Positions 1 through 10,108 of a stretch of DNA of 64,000 nucleotides are shown here, one piece after another. The DNA is from Leptothoe kymatousa TAU-MAC 1615 (GTDB lineage Bacteria; Cyanobacteriota; Cyanobacteriia; Phormidesmidales; Phormidesmidaceae): positions 501,067 through 565,066 of the forward strand of contig NZ_JADOER010000004.1 in assembly GCF_018739865.1 (NCBI RefSeq), in the 5' to 3' direction. The notes beneath the pieces were generated by a model that saw nothing but the letters and a program-made list of their open reading frames with translations, was not told where the DNA came from and made no database searches. Positions within the stretch are counted from its first letter, which is position 1, and each line of letters starts with the position of its first letter. The position numbers and the translations under genes were made by a program.

Positions 1-1278
1 CGCGAAGGGTTCGTCGAGGAGTAGCATGGCTGGCTGGTTGGCTAGGGCGCGGGCTAAGGCGATGCGCTGCTGTTGGCCCCCCGACAGTTGATGGGGGTAA
101 TGGTTGGCCAGGGTTGCTAGATGCATAGCCTTGAGCTGCTGCATGACGCTAGCTGTGGTTTCCCTTGGGGTTAAATGGTTTGGTAGGCCAAAGGCAATGT
201 TTTGGGCAATGGTGAGGTGGGGAAACAGGGCATAGTTTTGAAAGAGAATGCCAATGTTGCGATCGCAAATCGGCACATCAATGCCCTGGGCGGCATCAAA
301 CAATACCCGACCGTTCAGCACAATGCGCCCGGTGTCCGGGGTTTCCAGTCCGGCTAAACAGCGTAACAATAAGCTTTTCCCCGCCCCCGATGCCCCCAGC
401 AGCCCCAGCGGTTGCTGGGTCGTAGAAAACTCAACATTTAGCGTAAAGTGAGGCAACTGTTTGGTAAGCGCCACCTCTAGGACAGGCTGGTGTGGGCGCT
501 TGTCATTAATCCCTGGAGGCTGACGCTCACGGTGCCGAACGCTAACGTCTCCTAAAGGTTGACCATCCAGGGGGGCTGGAAGTGACCAGATGAATGGTCC
601 CGCAGACTGTTTTCTGGGTCTTCTATTTTGTTGTGTTGACCATCGGTTAACAGCGACTATTCCCCCTAACGCCACCGTCAAAATTACCGCACTCCATAGG
701 GCCGCCTCCCGTACATCGCCCCGTTCCACTGCAAAATAAATTGCCATGGGCAACGTTTGAGTCCGCCCCGGAATATTGCCAGCCAGCATTAGGGTGGCCC
801 CAAATTCCCCCAGGGCCCTAGCAAACGATAGTGTCATCCCGGCTACCAATCCAGGCAGGGCTAAAGGCAATGTAATGCGAAAAAATACACTGGTTTCATT
901 TGCCCCCAAGGTACGAGCTACCTGCAACAGCGATCTGTCGATTTGCTCAAAGGCGCCCAGGGTTGTTTTGTACATCAGCGGCAGGGCCACCACCGTGGCT
1001 GTGATCACCGCCGCATACCAGGTAAACACAACGCCTAGATTGACTGAGTGCAAAAGCTGCCCTAGGGGGCCCTGTTTGCCCAACACCATCAAAAGGAAAA
1101 AACCCAGCACCGTGGGGGGCAAAACCATGGGGGCCAGCAAAATACTATCTAAGCAAGAACGCCACCGGCCCCGATAGTGATACATAAAATAGGCGACAGC
1201 CACCCCCAAAAATGAGGTGAAAATGGTGGCGATGGCGGCAATGCGTAACGAGATCCAAAGCGGTGAAAAATCTAGCAT
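1..1278 (-). CDS. modBC: Molybdate ABC transporter, fused permease (ModB) and ATP-binding (ModC) protein; the C-terminus runs off the window edge
   Basis: Minus-strand translation from the ATG at 1278 is a continuous ORF that the track does not list because it is truncated at the edge. The N-terminal half is an ABC permease (…[42 protein letters not shown]…). The C-terminal half carries a Walker A motif (GASGAGKS) and the ABC signature [15 protein letters not shown]. ModA lies immediately upstream in the same orientation. Confidence 0.8.
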   Translation of the reverse strand, partial: MLDFSPLWISLRIAAIATIFTSFLGVAVAYFMYHYRGRWRSCLDSILLAPMVLPPTVLGFFLLMVLGKQGPLGQLLHSVNLGVVFTWYAAVITATVVALPLMYKTTLGAFEQIDRSLLQVARTLGANETSVFFRITLPLALPGLVAGMTLSFARALGEFGATLMLAGNIPGRTQTLPMAIYFAVERGDVREAALWSAVILTVALGGIVAVNRWSTQQNRRPRKQSAGPFIWSLPAPLDGQPLGDVSVRHRERQPPGINDKRPHQPVLEVALTKQLPHFTLNVEFSTTQQPLGLLGASGAGKSLLLRCLAGLETPDTGRIVLNGRVLFDAAQGIDVPICDRNIGILFQNYALFPHLTIAQNIAFGLPNHLTPRETTASVMQQLKAMHLATLANHYPHQLSGGQQQRIALARALANQPAMLLLDEPFA

Positions 1279-1317
1279 TCGATAGAGGCAAGGTAACGAG
1301 GGACCCGTTCTCTATGA

Positions 1318-2133
1318 TTAGATAGCACCAAATCCAAAGTCTTGGAATATGGATTGGGCAATGTCGGTGGTGAGAAAATCAATAAAGGCCTGGGCCGCCT
1401 CGGGCTGACCACTGCCCTGCACCAGCGCAATGGGATAAATAATCGGACGATGTAAATTAGCGGGTACCGTCATCAATACTTTGGTCTGTTGGGAGATGGC
1501 CGCATCGGTAGCATAGACAATGCCTAAATCCACATGGCCACTTTCTACCGCAGCTAAAACGCTACGAACATTGTTACCAAAGACAAATTTGCTATGGAAC
1601 GCCTTTAGAAGATTGAGGTTTTCAAAAACCTGTTGTGTATATTGCCCTGCGGGAACGCTACGAAACTCCCCCACGGCCAAGCGACTGACACGCATAGCGT
1701 CAAGCTGGGAGACATCGCCAATCGCCAAGGGTGAATCTAGGGGGGCCACCACCGCCAAGCGATTGCGAAGAATATTTTGGCGAGAGTGTGGCTCAATTAA
1801 GTCTTGTTGTTCCAACTCATCCATCGGCTGTGTTGCGGCCGCAAAAAAAATATCCACAGGGGCCCCTTGCTCAATTTGCCGTTGGAGTGCCCCCGAAGCA
1901 CCAAAATTGTAATCTATAGCAATTGTAGGATGAGCGTTGATAAACTGATGGGCAATCTCATCCAACACATCTTGCAAACTTGTTGCTGCTGATACGGTCA
2001 GCCTGCTTTTTGTTTCTGTGCTCACATCAGTGGCTAGACGGGGGGCGCCACAGCCCATGGCCATCAGCCAAGTAAAAAGGCTTGCCCAAACCAGTTTGAG
2101 CATTTTAGAACGTTGCATAACAAACACAGACAC
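1318..2133 (-). CDS. modA: Molybdate ABC transporter substrate-binding protein ModA. The true start is probably an internal Met at 2118 or 2103, which gives a lipoprotein-like signal peptide
   Basis: 271-aa ORF with a signal peptide (MLKLVWASLFTWLMAMGCG) and ModA-like regions (SAATSLQDVLDEIAHQF, GAPVDIFFAAA). It is in an operon with modBC. Confidence 0.8.
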   Translation of the reverse strand: MSVFVMQRSKMLKLVWASLFTWLMAMGCGAPRLATDVSTETKSRLTVSAATSLQDVLDEIAHQFINAHPTIAIDYNFGASGALQRQIEQGAPVDIFFAAATQPMDELEQQDLIEPHSRQNILRNRLAVVAPLDSPLAIGDVSQLDAMRVSRLAVGEFRSVPAGQYTQQVFENLNLLKAFHSKFVFGNNVRSVLAAVESGHVDLGIVYATDAAISQQTKVLMTVPANLHRPIIYPIALVQGSGQPEAAQAFIDFLTTDIAQSIFQDFGFGAI

Positions 2134-2237
2134 CCGTGATTGGCCAAGTTTTTATGGTGTTGCCGGGGCTGATGTAAGGGATGAAGCAACTTCGGCCATG
2201 GGTCAGGAGCCCTGGATATAGCGACTCAAGGTCATCC

Positions 2238-2861
2238 TCAAGAGCGGCAACGCCTGATTTTTTTTACGTAATTTTGCCACTGATAGTAGGTCCATTTCAA
2301 GCTTCGTTGGGTAATCCACAAATATGCGATAGCCAATAGTCCTAGTGCCAGCATAATGCCCCAACGCTGGGATGTGGCGGCTGCAATGGTCCATCCGCTT
2401 AAGCCGAAGGCTGCGCCGTAGGCACATAGACTGCCAATTAGGGCCATGACGACACGCTCAAAGCCAGCGCGACGGGTGGTCCAAATGCCTAAACCACCGC
2501 CCACAAGTATCCCCAACGGAACACCCAATACGGCGGCTTTTTGCCCTGCTAGTTGACCCGTGAGGTAGGCAAAAACCAACGCCATGGAGGATGCGCCGCT
2601 AATTAGGGCGGGCAGCCACCCAGATTTTGTTGGCGAAGACTGTAGAGATTGAATACCAACCGTTGCTCCAGCCACCATAAACAAGATGGCCAGGACCAAC
2701 GCCACTGTCCATTGAGGGCTGCTAGGAGCCAATACTAATGCTGTGAATACCAGGCTGCTAAGGCCATGGAATGTGAAAAGTGCGATCGCAACTAGTCCCA
2801 ATGCATATATACCATCAGGGCGATTCCAAGAACGACGTAGGACCATAAATTCAGGTTTCAA
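2238..2861 (-). CDS. Hypothetical polytopic membrane protein (about 6 TM), the first gene of the modA-modBC gene string
   Basis: 207-aa ORF with multiple hydrophobic helices (LGLVAIALFTFHG…, VALVLAILFMVAGATV…). No recognisable catalytic motif. Confidence 0.5.
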   Translation of the reverse strand: MKPEFMVLRRSWNRPDGIYALGLVAIALFTFHGLSSLVFTALVLAPSSPQWTVALVLAILFMVAGATVGIQSLQSSPTKSGWLPALISGASSMALVFAYLTGQLAGQKAAVLGVPLGILVGGGLGIWTTRRAGFERVVMALIGSLCAYGAAFGLSGWTIAAATSQRWGIMLALGLLAIAYLWITQRSLKWTYYQWQNYVKKIRRCRS

Positions 2862-3049
2862 ACGGATCGATTCTGAGCGTAGCTACAGACTTATAGAACC
2901 CCATAGCCCCCGCCAAATACTTCATCATCTCCTTAAAGCCATTACAAATTTATGCATGCATTCGTAAATCCTAAGGAAATGAATGGCTACTTTAACCAGT
3001 GAGCATCGTCATAGCCCGATAACCCACCTTTTATTTTCAGCAGATAACC

Positions 3050-3991
3050 ATGTTTTTCCGGCGTAAAGCAAATAAAGGCTTACTGTGGCTCGGCATATTA
3101 CTGCCGATTGTGCTGTATAGCTGTACCGTTTGGCGTCGGCCACAGCCCACAGCCATTGATCGCCAGCCCTTATTTCAAGGAATTACCTACAGTCGGCAGG
3201 TAATGGAGACTCCCCGGCCTTACATTGTGCACATTGTCGATATCGATCTGACAACGCCAGGGTTGCGGCCATTTGTGACGCCCAAATATGCCGGCATAGA
3301 AGTCACTAAGCGGGGTATTTCCAAAAGTCATAAAGCTCGGGCTCAGCGCACATCTGACTTTTTAGAAACCCATCAATTACAGCTAGCGGTCAACGCCAAC
3401 TTTTTTCTGCCGTTTAAGGAAGTCACCCCATGGCACTACGAACCCCGCCCTGGACAACAAATGAACTTGCTGGGGGTGGCCATCTCTGACGGAGAAGTCG
3501 TCGAGCAGGTTAATCCCATTAATCTGCCACCGCCACCGTCTATCTGTTTCACCGATCAACGAGCCCTGATTAACCCCATTGGCACCTGTGCAGAGGGCAC
3601 TGACTATGCAGTGGCCGGTAATCTGCCACTGTTAGAACACGGTCAACCTACGGATCGGTTAAAAAAGGTAATTGAGCAGGAGGGGCTCAAACCCTATTCA
3701 TTTACGGTGGCGGCCTTAGACGAAACCGGCACTCGCCTGTGGCTAGTATTGGTGGATGGAAAACAACCGTTCTACAGCGAAGGTATAACCTTAGGAGAGG
3801 TTACTGATCTGGTCATGGAGTTGGGCGCTGATGCCGCCGTACGCTTAGATGGTGGGGGCTCCACCACACTGGCCATGGAATCCTCTAGGGGGCCAAAGTT
3901 GTTGAATACCCCGATCCATGCCAAAGTGCCAGGGAAAGAACGACCCGTGGGGAACCATCTTGGCTTTTTTGCCCAACCCATCGCACCGTAG
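3050..3991 (+). CDS. Phosphodiester glycosidase family protein (NAGPA-like, DUF2233), N-terminally membrane-anchored
   Basis: 313 aa with an N-terminal TM or signal segment. Family-typical motifs are AVNANFF and VRLDGGGSTTL. Confidence 0.65.
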   Translation: MFFRRKANKGLLWLGILLPIVLYSCTVWRRPQPTAIDRQPLFQGITYSRQVMETPRPYIVHIVDIDLTTPGLRPFVTPKYAGIEVTKRGISKSHKARAQRTSDFLETHQLQLAVNANFFLPFKEVTPWHYEPRPGQQMNLLGVAISDGEVVEQVNPINLPPPPSICFTDQRALINPIGTCAEGTDYAVAGNLPLLEHGQPTDRLKKVIEQEGLKPYSFTVAALDETGTRLWLVLVDGKQPFYSEGITLGEVTDLVMELGADAAVRLDGGGSTTLAMESSRGPKLLNTPIHAKVPGKERPVGNHLGFFAQPIAP

Positions 3992-4065
3992 GCGCTGTTA
4001 CGACACTACGTCACGGTGGTGGCAGCCTACCCTGGCGGCGCTGATGGTACTCCAGGGTAGGCCGG

Positions 4066-6378
4066 TCAGTCCCGGGGCGGCAGGGCTTGAATCGTTAGCA
4101 TCGAATCAACAATGTTCTGCCGTTGCGAATCTTCTAATAGGGAACGGGTCATACAGGTGGAGAATAGCTTGGTCACATTGTAGTAAGCATGGAGTTTGTC
4201 TTTTTGCTTTTGGGTTAACTCTATCGCGCAAGGCATTTGAAGCTTTTGCATAAATGTGATGATCCGTTCTCTCCAATAGCTTTGTTTGGATTGCCACCAT
4301 TCCGCCGGGGTATCGAAGGCTCTTTTTTGCTGAGGTATAAACTTCAACCATCCTCTGATAACTTCAGCATTTTGGTGATCGTCTAGGAATAGTTGCTCCA
4401 ACCGTTGCAGGGAGGCCATGAAACTTTCTGGTGTTTTCATCCCTTTTTCGAAGGCGTAAAAGGTTTTATAAACACACTCATGGATTTCTAGAACCTTGCC
4501 ATCAATCATGCTGGTGGCGAATTCAAAATCTGGTAGATCGAAATATTTGTATATCAGCCCCCGATTGGTGACACTGCCTGTCTCTTTGAGGGCAGAGACA
4601 AAGTACCAGGCACGGGCATATACCTCGAGATGGGGCTGTCTTGAGTCTAAGGATTGAGATGTGCCCATTGCAGTTTCATTGACCATAGCCAGGAACTCTA
4701 CGAGGCTTGTGTCTTCAGCAACCATGGCATCGGCTCTATGTTTAAACTCACGGAAAAAATCCCATAGGGCTCTATCGGAAAGCGATTCTGAGATTAACCC
4801 AATCACAAAATGCCAGCGGTTTTTCTCGAGATGATTGAAGACTTCTGGATACTGCCCTGTGCTTACCAGATTGTCGGCGGTGAAAAACTCCTGGTAGGTT
4901 AAGTGGGAAAACGTACAAAAGTTATCTGCCCAGCGTACTAGTAACCCGTTGGAATTTTCAATGCCTTGTAGGATCTTTCGGGTTGGGACTAAACTCCTAT
5001 TTTCGTTGTAATTTGTTGCGTAATAGTCCTGGATTATTCGCTCTACCTCTAGTGTGGGAAAGATGATCCGACGCTTTAGAAAAAAGTGATTGGCCAGCTT
5101 AGATAGGATATTGCGGACATCGACTTCCCGCAGCATGGCGAAGGTCGTTGTTCCGTGTGCGATCGCAATATTTTTGCGCGTCATCAGGTCAATGCCCCGC
5201 CGGAAGACCTCAAAGCGCCTATTGGGAAGAGCGGCCTGATTCTCAAAGACAACACATAGCAGATCGAGCAAAATAGGCCGCTGGGAAAGCTCTCGTATTC
5301 CCCGGTATGTCTTCGAACGCAATGTTTTAAGCATTTGCGCGGCCAGCTGTCTATCCTTGTCTGGTTGACTAAACCAATTCTCGACAAACTGCTGGATCTG
5401 TCGTTTCTGTAGGGGGGCAATAATAACCTGCTGAAACCCTTCAGAAAAAGGAAACTCACGCCCTAAACGAGAACTAAAAATAAATCGGCACTGGCCGTAG
5501 TGATGCAGCAAGCGTTCAAGCTCGGCTTCAATCCGTTCTCGCTCTCCGGATGCGGTTTCATCAATGCCATCAAAAATAAAAATGGCCTGGCCAGATGCTA
5601 AAATTTCACGCCGCTCCGCATGACTACAGTTCCATTCGCTAAATCGTTGCTCAATCCATCCTTGGAGAGTGTCATGGCCAGAAACAGAAGCAAACCATCG
5701 TGCCCCAATAAAAATCGGAACAAAATCCTGCAAAATCTCTCTCTGGGCACACTTGAGGGTAATCCACTGTAGGCACGTTGTTTTGCCAGAGCCCGGATCC
5801 CCATAGACAAAAACATTGTGATGATCCCCGATGACTTCTTTAATTGCGCGTTTTTTACCCCGCAGCAACTGGACGCCAATGCGGTCAAAGTCCTCGTCCG
5901 TAAGACTTGCGCTATTCACCAGGGCATGGGGATCTGCCACAGGCGGATATTCCGACGGTAACGCCTGGACTTCAATTAAATAAAGCTCAATAAAGTCCCT
6001 AGTGAGTTTTCGACTCAGTTGCTGGGTATTGGCGCGTCTTTGTTTAGCAAAAAACGTTGTAGCTATTTGTTTACGAATCCTGTCAATGCATGGATCGATG
6101 CCCAGGACGTAATCTCCTTGGACACAGGCCTCATGCCACTGGACCTGAAAAAAAACGCAAATAGTCTCTACATTTTCTCGCAGTCCCTTGTAATTATCTA
6201 TGGTTAAGATGCGGCGAATCGTGTCATCACTAATTTTGGCATCATCACTTCTGATTTCATTGATTGCTTCCCATGTCCCCTTAAAGTGCCGTCTTGGAAA
6301 TCTTGATTTTGCCTCCTCTAAAAATTGTTTACGATATTCTGGTTTGAGTGTCAGATAAGCGTAGATGTTTTCGGACAT
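4066..6378 (-). CDS. NACHT-domain STAND NTPase with an unknown ~160-aa N-terminal domain and a ~350-aa helical C-terminal region. No WD40, TPR or pentapeptide repeats
   Basis: 770 aa. Walker A motif VFVYGDPGSGKTTCLQW. NACHT-like Walker B region (IFIFDGIDE). Stand-alone gene with its own upstream region. Confidence 0.75.
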   Translation of the reverse strand: MSENIYAYLTLKPEYRKQFLEEAKSRFPRRHFKGTWEAINEIRSDDAKISDDTIRRILTIDNYKGLRENVETICVFFQVQWHEACVQGDYVLGIDPCIDRIRKQIATTFFAKQRRANTQQLSRKLTRDFIELYLIEVQALPSEYPPVADPHALVNSASLTDEDFDRIGVQLLRGKKRAIKEVIGDHHNVFVYGDPGSGKTTCLQWITLKCAQREILQDFVPIFIGARWFASVSGHDTLQGWIEQRFSEWNCSHAERREILASGQAIFIFDGIDETASGERERIEAELERLLHHYGQCRFIFSSRLGREFPFSEGFQQVIIAPLQKRQIQQFVENWFSQPDKDRQLAAQMLKTLRSKTYRGIRELSQRPILLDLLCVVFENQAALPNRRFEVFRRGIDLMTRKNIAIAHGTTTFAMLREVDVRNILSKLANHFFLKRRIIFPTLEVERIIQDYYATNYNENRSLVPTRKILQGIENSNGLLVRWADNFCTFSHLTYQEFFTADNLVSTGQYPEVFNHLEKNRWHFVIGLISESLSDRALWDFFREFKHRADAMVAEDTSLVEFLAMVNETAMGTSQSLDSRQPHLEVYARAWYFVSALKETGSVTNRGLIYKYFDLPDFEFATSMIDGKVLEIHECVYKTFYAFEKGMKTPESFMASLQRLEQLFLDDHQNAEVIRGWLKFIPQQKRAFDTPAEWWQSKQSYWRERIITFMQKLQMPCAIELTQKQKDKLHAYYNVTKLFSTCMTRSLLEDSQRQNIVDSMLTIQALPPRD

Positions 6379-6931
6379 GCGTTTAACTGGAAACGAAACC
6401 CTAGGGCCCTGATTATTTTTCCTAGGGGTATTTTCACCCCTTAGGACATTCCAATGTGTGAATTGGCATACATTTTTAATATGCAGCTACCTATCCAGCG
6501 GCAACCTCAATAGGGAGTATTGAGCCCAACACCGTCAAGCCACGACGCTACGGCGACCATTGAACGACTATGCAGTTGGTATTGGCTTTTTTAGGAAAAG
6601 ATTAGATTTTTTGGAGCTATCGGGGCCGTTGAATCGTCGTTGTCTGATTTGCCCATATTTTGAGCTTTTTATGCTAATGTCAAAAACGGCACGTATCTCG
6701 GTTGTAGTAAATAGCAGTGGCTACTACCTGAATGTCGCCGGTTAAGGTCTACGGTTAAGGCTCTTCGCAACGGTGCTTCAGCTGTATTTGTGGTTTAAGC
6801 CAAGTAATTAAAGCCTTTGGGGAGCATGCTGCAGGGGTAAAAAATCCAAGCAGTATTAAGGAAATGAAATTTTCATAACCGCAGCCGCCGCATGGACGAC
6901 CGCATGGAAAATTTTAGGTCCTATTCTAAGG

Positions 6932-7222
6932 GTGTCAACGCACAGGTTGTCCTGGCTGCGTTGGCAGCCCTCTTTAATTCCTACTACTCACATGACTAGC
7001 CAAATTCCCTCCCTTAGCTATGGCATGCCTAACTGTCCTTCCTGTAGCAAGCAAGGATTAGTTTTAACCACCAAAGACCGGGTTGCATGCATCTTCTGCG
7101 ACTTTAGGCGAGACCTCGCAACAACCCCTCCCAAAAAGCCTGCTAAAAACCCCACATCCGATGTGTGGTCAGTGTTTTTGCTGCTTTTAATCATCACTTT
7201 TTTGATTGTTGTGCTCACATAA
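6932..7222 (+). CDS. Hypothetical small zinc-ribbon protein with a C-terminal TM anchor. The start is uncertain (internal Met possible)
   Basis: 96-aa ORF in a 1.27-kb intergenic gap. It has CPSC…(17)…CIFC (four Cys in ribbon spacing), then a Pro/Lys-rich linker and a hydrophobic tail (VWSVFLLLLIITFLIVVL). Confidence 0.3.
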   Translation: MSTHRLSWLRWQPSLIPTTHMTSQIPSLSYGMPNCPSCSKQGLVLTTKDRVACIFCDFRRDLATTPPKKPAKNPTSDVWSVFLLLLIITFLIVVLT

Positions 7223-7652
7223 TATAAGTGGTGAGAGACTCTGTTTTGTATACGCTGAAAGTCGTTCGAATAAATTGTTTGGGGTGATCTCTGCGGATTT
7301 CCCCAAACAATTTGCACCCTGTTTGCGCTCCCCCTTCATGCATCGAGTGCTAACCGTTGGGAAAGAGACGCGCACGTCTCGTAAAAAGTATTGAAAGAAC
7401 ATCCAGTGGTCTGTTAATCCTAAATTTTAGGATGGATGAGTGATTGGCTAAAACGCGCCTAAACCCCGATACACCACACAGGGCCTACCGCTTATCCACG
7501 GTTACCCGTAGGTCGAGCTTGTCGAAGCCCGCTTAACCCTGTTTTTTAGCTTTGACGCTGCACTAGGCGTAAATCAGACGCATCGAAGATGTTTCTCAGA
7601 CAGTTTTCAGGATCAGGGCGTTTAATAAATACAGATCCTTTTTCCCGATGTT

Positions 7653-8141
7653 ATGAAACGCTCAATCCTTATTTCATTAGCATTGGCTAGCACCATGTTC
7701 TTGGCTAGCTGCGCCACCTCTAATACCTCCACCGCCCCTGCCCCTGCTGGGCAAGCTGCTGCCACATATGCGGTCTTTGCTGACGATGGTGTGGCGATTC
7801 TTGGTGCGGATCCGGTGGCCTATTTTACCGTGGGGGAATACACCCCCGGTAGCGGCGAGTTCACCTATGAATGGGAAGGTGCCCTATGGCAGTTCGCTTC
7901 AGCGGAAAATCGTGACCTCTTTGCTGCCAACCCCGAGGACTACGCACCCCAGTATGGTGGCTTTTGTGCCTATGCGGTCAGCCAAGGTAACACCGCCCCT
8001 ATTGAGCCTACTGCCTGGAAAATTGTAGATGGCAAACTTTATTTAAACTTTAACGATAAGATCCAGAAACGCTGGGCGAAGGATATTCCTGGCTATATTG
8101 CGCAGGCAGATGAAAATTGGCCCGGAGTGCTAGCCAACTAG
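7653..8141 (+). CDS. Secreted lipoprotein, YHS-like domain protein
   Basis: Signal peptide plus lipobox (MKRSILISLALASTMFLASC). The pattern GADPVAYF…EFTYEWEGALWQFASAENRDLFAANPEDYAPQYGGFCAYAV is typical of YHS-domain periplasmic proteins. Confidence 0.6.
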   Translation: MKRSILISLALASTMFLASCATSNTSTAPAPAGQAAATYAVFADDGVAILGADPVAYFTVGEYTPGSGEFTYEWEGALWQFASAENRDLFAANPEDYAPQYGGFCAYAVSQGNTAPIEPTAWKIVDGKLYLNFNDKIQKRWAKDIPGYIAQADENWPGVLAN

Positions 8142-8248
8142 TTCTAAGCTGCGTGGTAGCTTGCGTAAGACGGCTAAGCTAGCGGGTTGTCGTTATGACT
8201 TAGCGACTATTGGGATGATAAACTGACGCAGTCAAAGGTGCTTAGACT

Positions 8249-9937
8249 TTGACTGCGTCAGTGTTTGGTGTAAATTCTGTGATTTTTCTGAATCAGAAGC
8301 AGTCTACTCTTCAAAGCTGGGTATTACCCATTGCAATCATTACGCTGTTTCTGTGCATCAAGTTTTTATTTATTCGCAATATGGGTGGGGTAAATGAATT
8401 GCACCATTTGCCATTATCTCGCCATTTAATGGATCCAGGCTGGCTCGATAAAGATATTTACTATAGTGAGCCACCTGGATATCGGTTGCTGTTTCAACTG
8501 TTGTTTGGGCCATTGACGGTCAGTTTAGGCTTTCTGGCTACTTCAATTATTGGGCGCATTCTTGGATATTTGGCCATTGCTGTGAGTTTGTGGATACTGG
8601 CCCGTAGTTTGGGAATGCGTTTTTTGACGTTATTTCTGGCCCTTTGTTTGTTTGTGTATGTGAATAAACACCAGGGCATGATGGCGGGAGAATGGTTAGT
8701 GGGGGTGGGGGGCATTGAGCCCAAGATATTTGCCTACAGTGCCATTTTTATTGCCCTGACAGCCTTATTCAAAGAGCACTATCTATGGATGGTGGCTTGG
8801 CTAGGGTTGGCTACCTCTTTCCATGCGTTAGTGGGGGGCTGGACAGCGATTAGCTTGCTGGTTTGGTTGTTTTGGCGACGCAGGAATATATTGTTTGATG
8901 GTCGACGATGGTTGGCGGCAATCCCGATATATGCGGTGACTGGGGTGTTTGCTGTTACGGCTGTTTTGACGCAGCTGTTGAGTCCGGTAGAAGAGAGTGA
9001 TATTTCACCATCTTCAATTTATTCTTTTTTGCGAAACCCCCACCATGTCAATCCCTTAAGTTGGCACTGGGATGTCTGGCTAGGTTTGTTGGCTTATTTG
9101 GTGATCTTGGTGGGCTGTGCTTTTTATCTTCGACAGGCAGATAAACATGAGCAAAAAAACAACCAGCAGATTACTCGCAACCAGCAGATTACTCGCAATC
9201 GTGCAGACTTTCTCTGTTTTGTGCTCTGTACGTTAGTGCCTTTCGGGGCCGGGGTAATCTTGGCTCCCTTCGATACGAATGGTCAATTGTTGCAATACTA
9301 TCCTTTCCGGGTGGGGGATGTGATGGTGCCCTTGGGGGCTGCTTTTTTTCTGGCGATGGCGTTAGATCAATGGCTGTTTCGACATCGTATGGGTGCGATC
9401 GCACTGAGCCTGATTGTCCTCATCACCTTTGGTCTAGAGCTGCCTAACTTCCATCAAAAAGTACTGGCTCTGCAAGACTTTCCTGGTCAAGAACAGGGAG
9501 TCAGCCCCGAGCTAAAGGCTACGGCTAACTGGATTAAACAACATGTCCCCGATGGAGAATTAATTATTTCATCCCCTGTAGATATAGATGTTTTAGCCTG
9601 GATTTCCGAGCATTCCACCATTGCTAAATTTCGGTTTGTGCCCAGTGCCTCTTCGGCCGATGTTTCAGCCTGGTATGAACGCATAACGGATTTGGGGGGT
9701 GGGGTGGATATCCTCAATTATGTCGATCGCCGCGTTGATAATAGTCGCCCTGTGCAACAACGGTTGCGGGAGGCCTACAATGGCCTAAATACGGACCAAA
9801 TGAGTCACCTCATGGACAAGTACCGCAGCCGCTACGTGCTTACCAACGCATCCCAACAGCTAGAACTGCCGGTATTATACGAAAATGGTGGCTATCGACT
9901 CTACGGCCACCCTGGGAATTTGCTCAACGATAGTTAG
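8249..9937 (+). CDS. Polytopic membrane protein with a C-terminal soluble domain (putative GT-C-fold glycosyltransferase-like), paralogue A
   Basis: 562 aa with about 10 predicted TM helices. About 60% identical to the next gene (shared blocks NELHHLPL…DIYYSEPPGYRLLFQLLFGPLTV…FLRNPHHVNP…RADF(L/M)CFVLC…IAKFRFVPSASSADV). It contains a perfect 18-bp tandem duplication (NQQITRNQQITR). Confidence 0.65.
   Translation: MTASVFGVNSVIFLNQKQSTLQSWVLPIAIITLFLCIKFLFIRNMGGVNELHHLPLSRHLMDPGWLDKDIYYSEPPGYRLLFQLLFGPLTVSLGFLATSIIGRILGYLAIAVSLWILARSLGMRFLTLFLALCLFVYVNKHQGMMAGEWLVGVGGIEPKIFAYSAIFIALTALFKEHYLWMVAWLGLATSFHALVGGWTAISLLVWLFWRRRNILFDGRRWLAAIPIYAVTGVFAVTAVLTQLLSPVEESDISPSSIYSFLRNPHHVNPLSWHWDVWLGLLAYLVILVGCAFYLRQADKHEQKNNQQITRNQQITRNRADFLCFVLCTLVPFGAGVILAPFDTNGQLLQYYPFRVGDVMVPLGAAFFLAMALDQWLFRHRMGAIALSLIVLITFGLELPNFHQKVLALQDFPGQEQGVSPELKATANWIKQHVPDGELIISSPVDIDVLAWISEHSTIAKFRFVPSASSADVSAWYERITDLGGGVDILNYVDRRVDNSRPVQQRLREAYNGLNTDQMSHLMDKYRSRYVLTNASQQLELPVLYENGGYRLYGHPGNLLNDS
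9161..9196 (+). repeat. Perfect 18-bp tandem duplication (aaccagcagattactcgc x2) inside the coding sequence of paralogue A
   Basis: Seen directly in the sequence. In-frame, encoding NQQITR-NQQITR. Absent from paralogue B. Confidence 0.9.
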
Positions 9938-10108
9938 GGAGACGATGAAATCCCGTTTCGTTGTTTCTTTTTTTGTCCTAGGTTCTCTCTTTGGAAAAGT
10001 GTTTCCCCTGCCGTTGGTCTTCCACCTCGAGGCGCCCGGTTATATGTATGCCTAGGGTTGTTGCCTGTCAACGCGATTTGTTAGCTATTGCCGTGAGTTA
10101 ATATCCTT

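Noticed and set aside
248-1177. Plus-strand track ORFs 248..451 and 776..1177
   Set aside because: They lie antisense within a continuous minus-strand ORF that carries unmistakable ABC permease and ATPase motifs (modBC). The plus-strand products are low-complexity.
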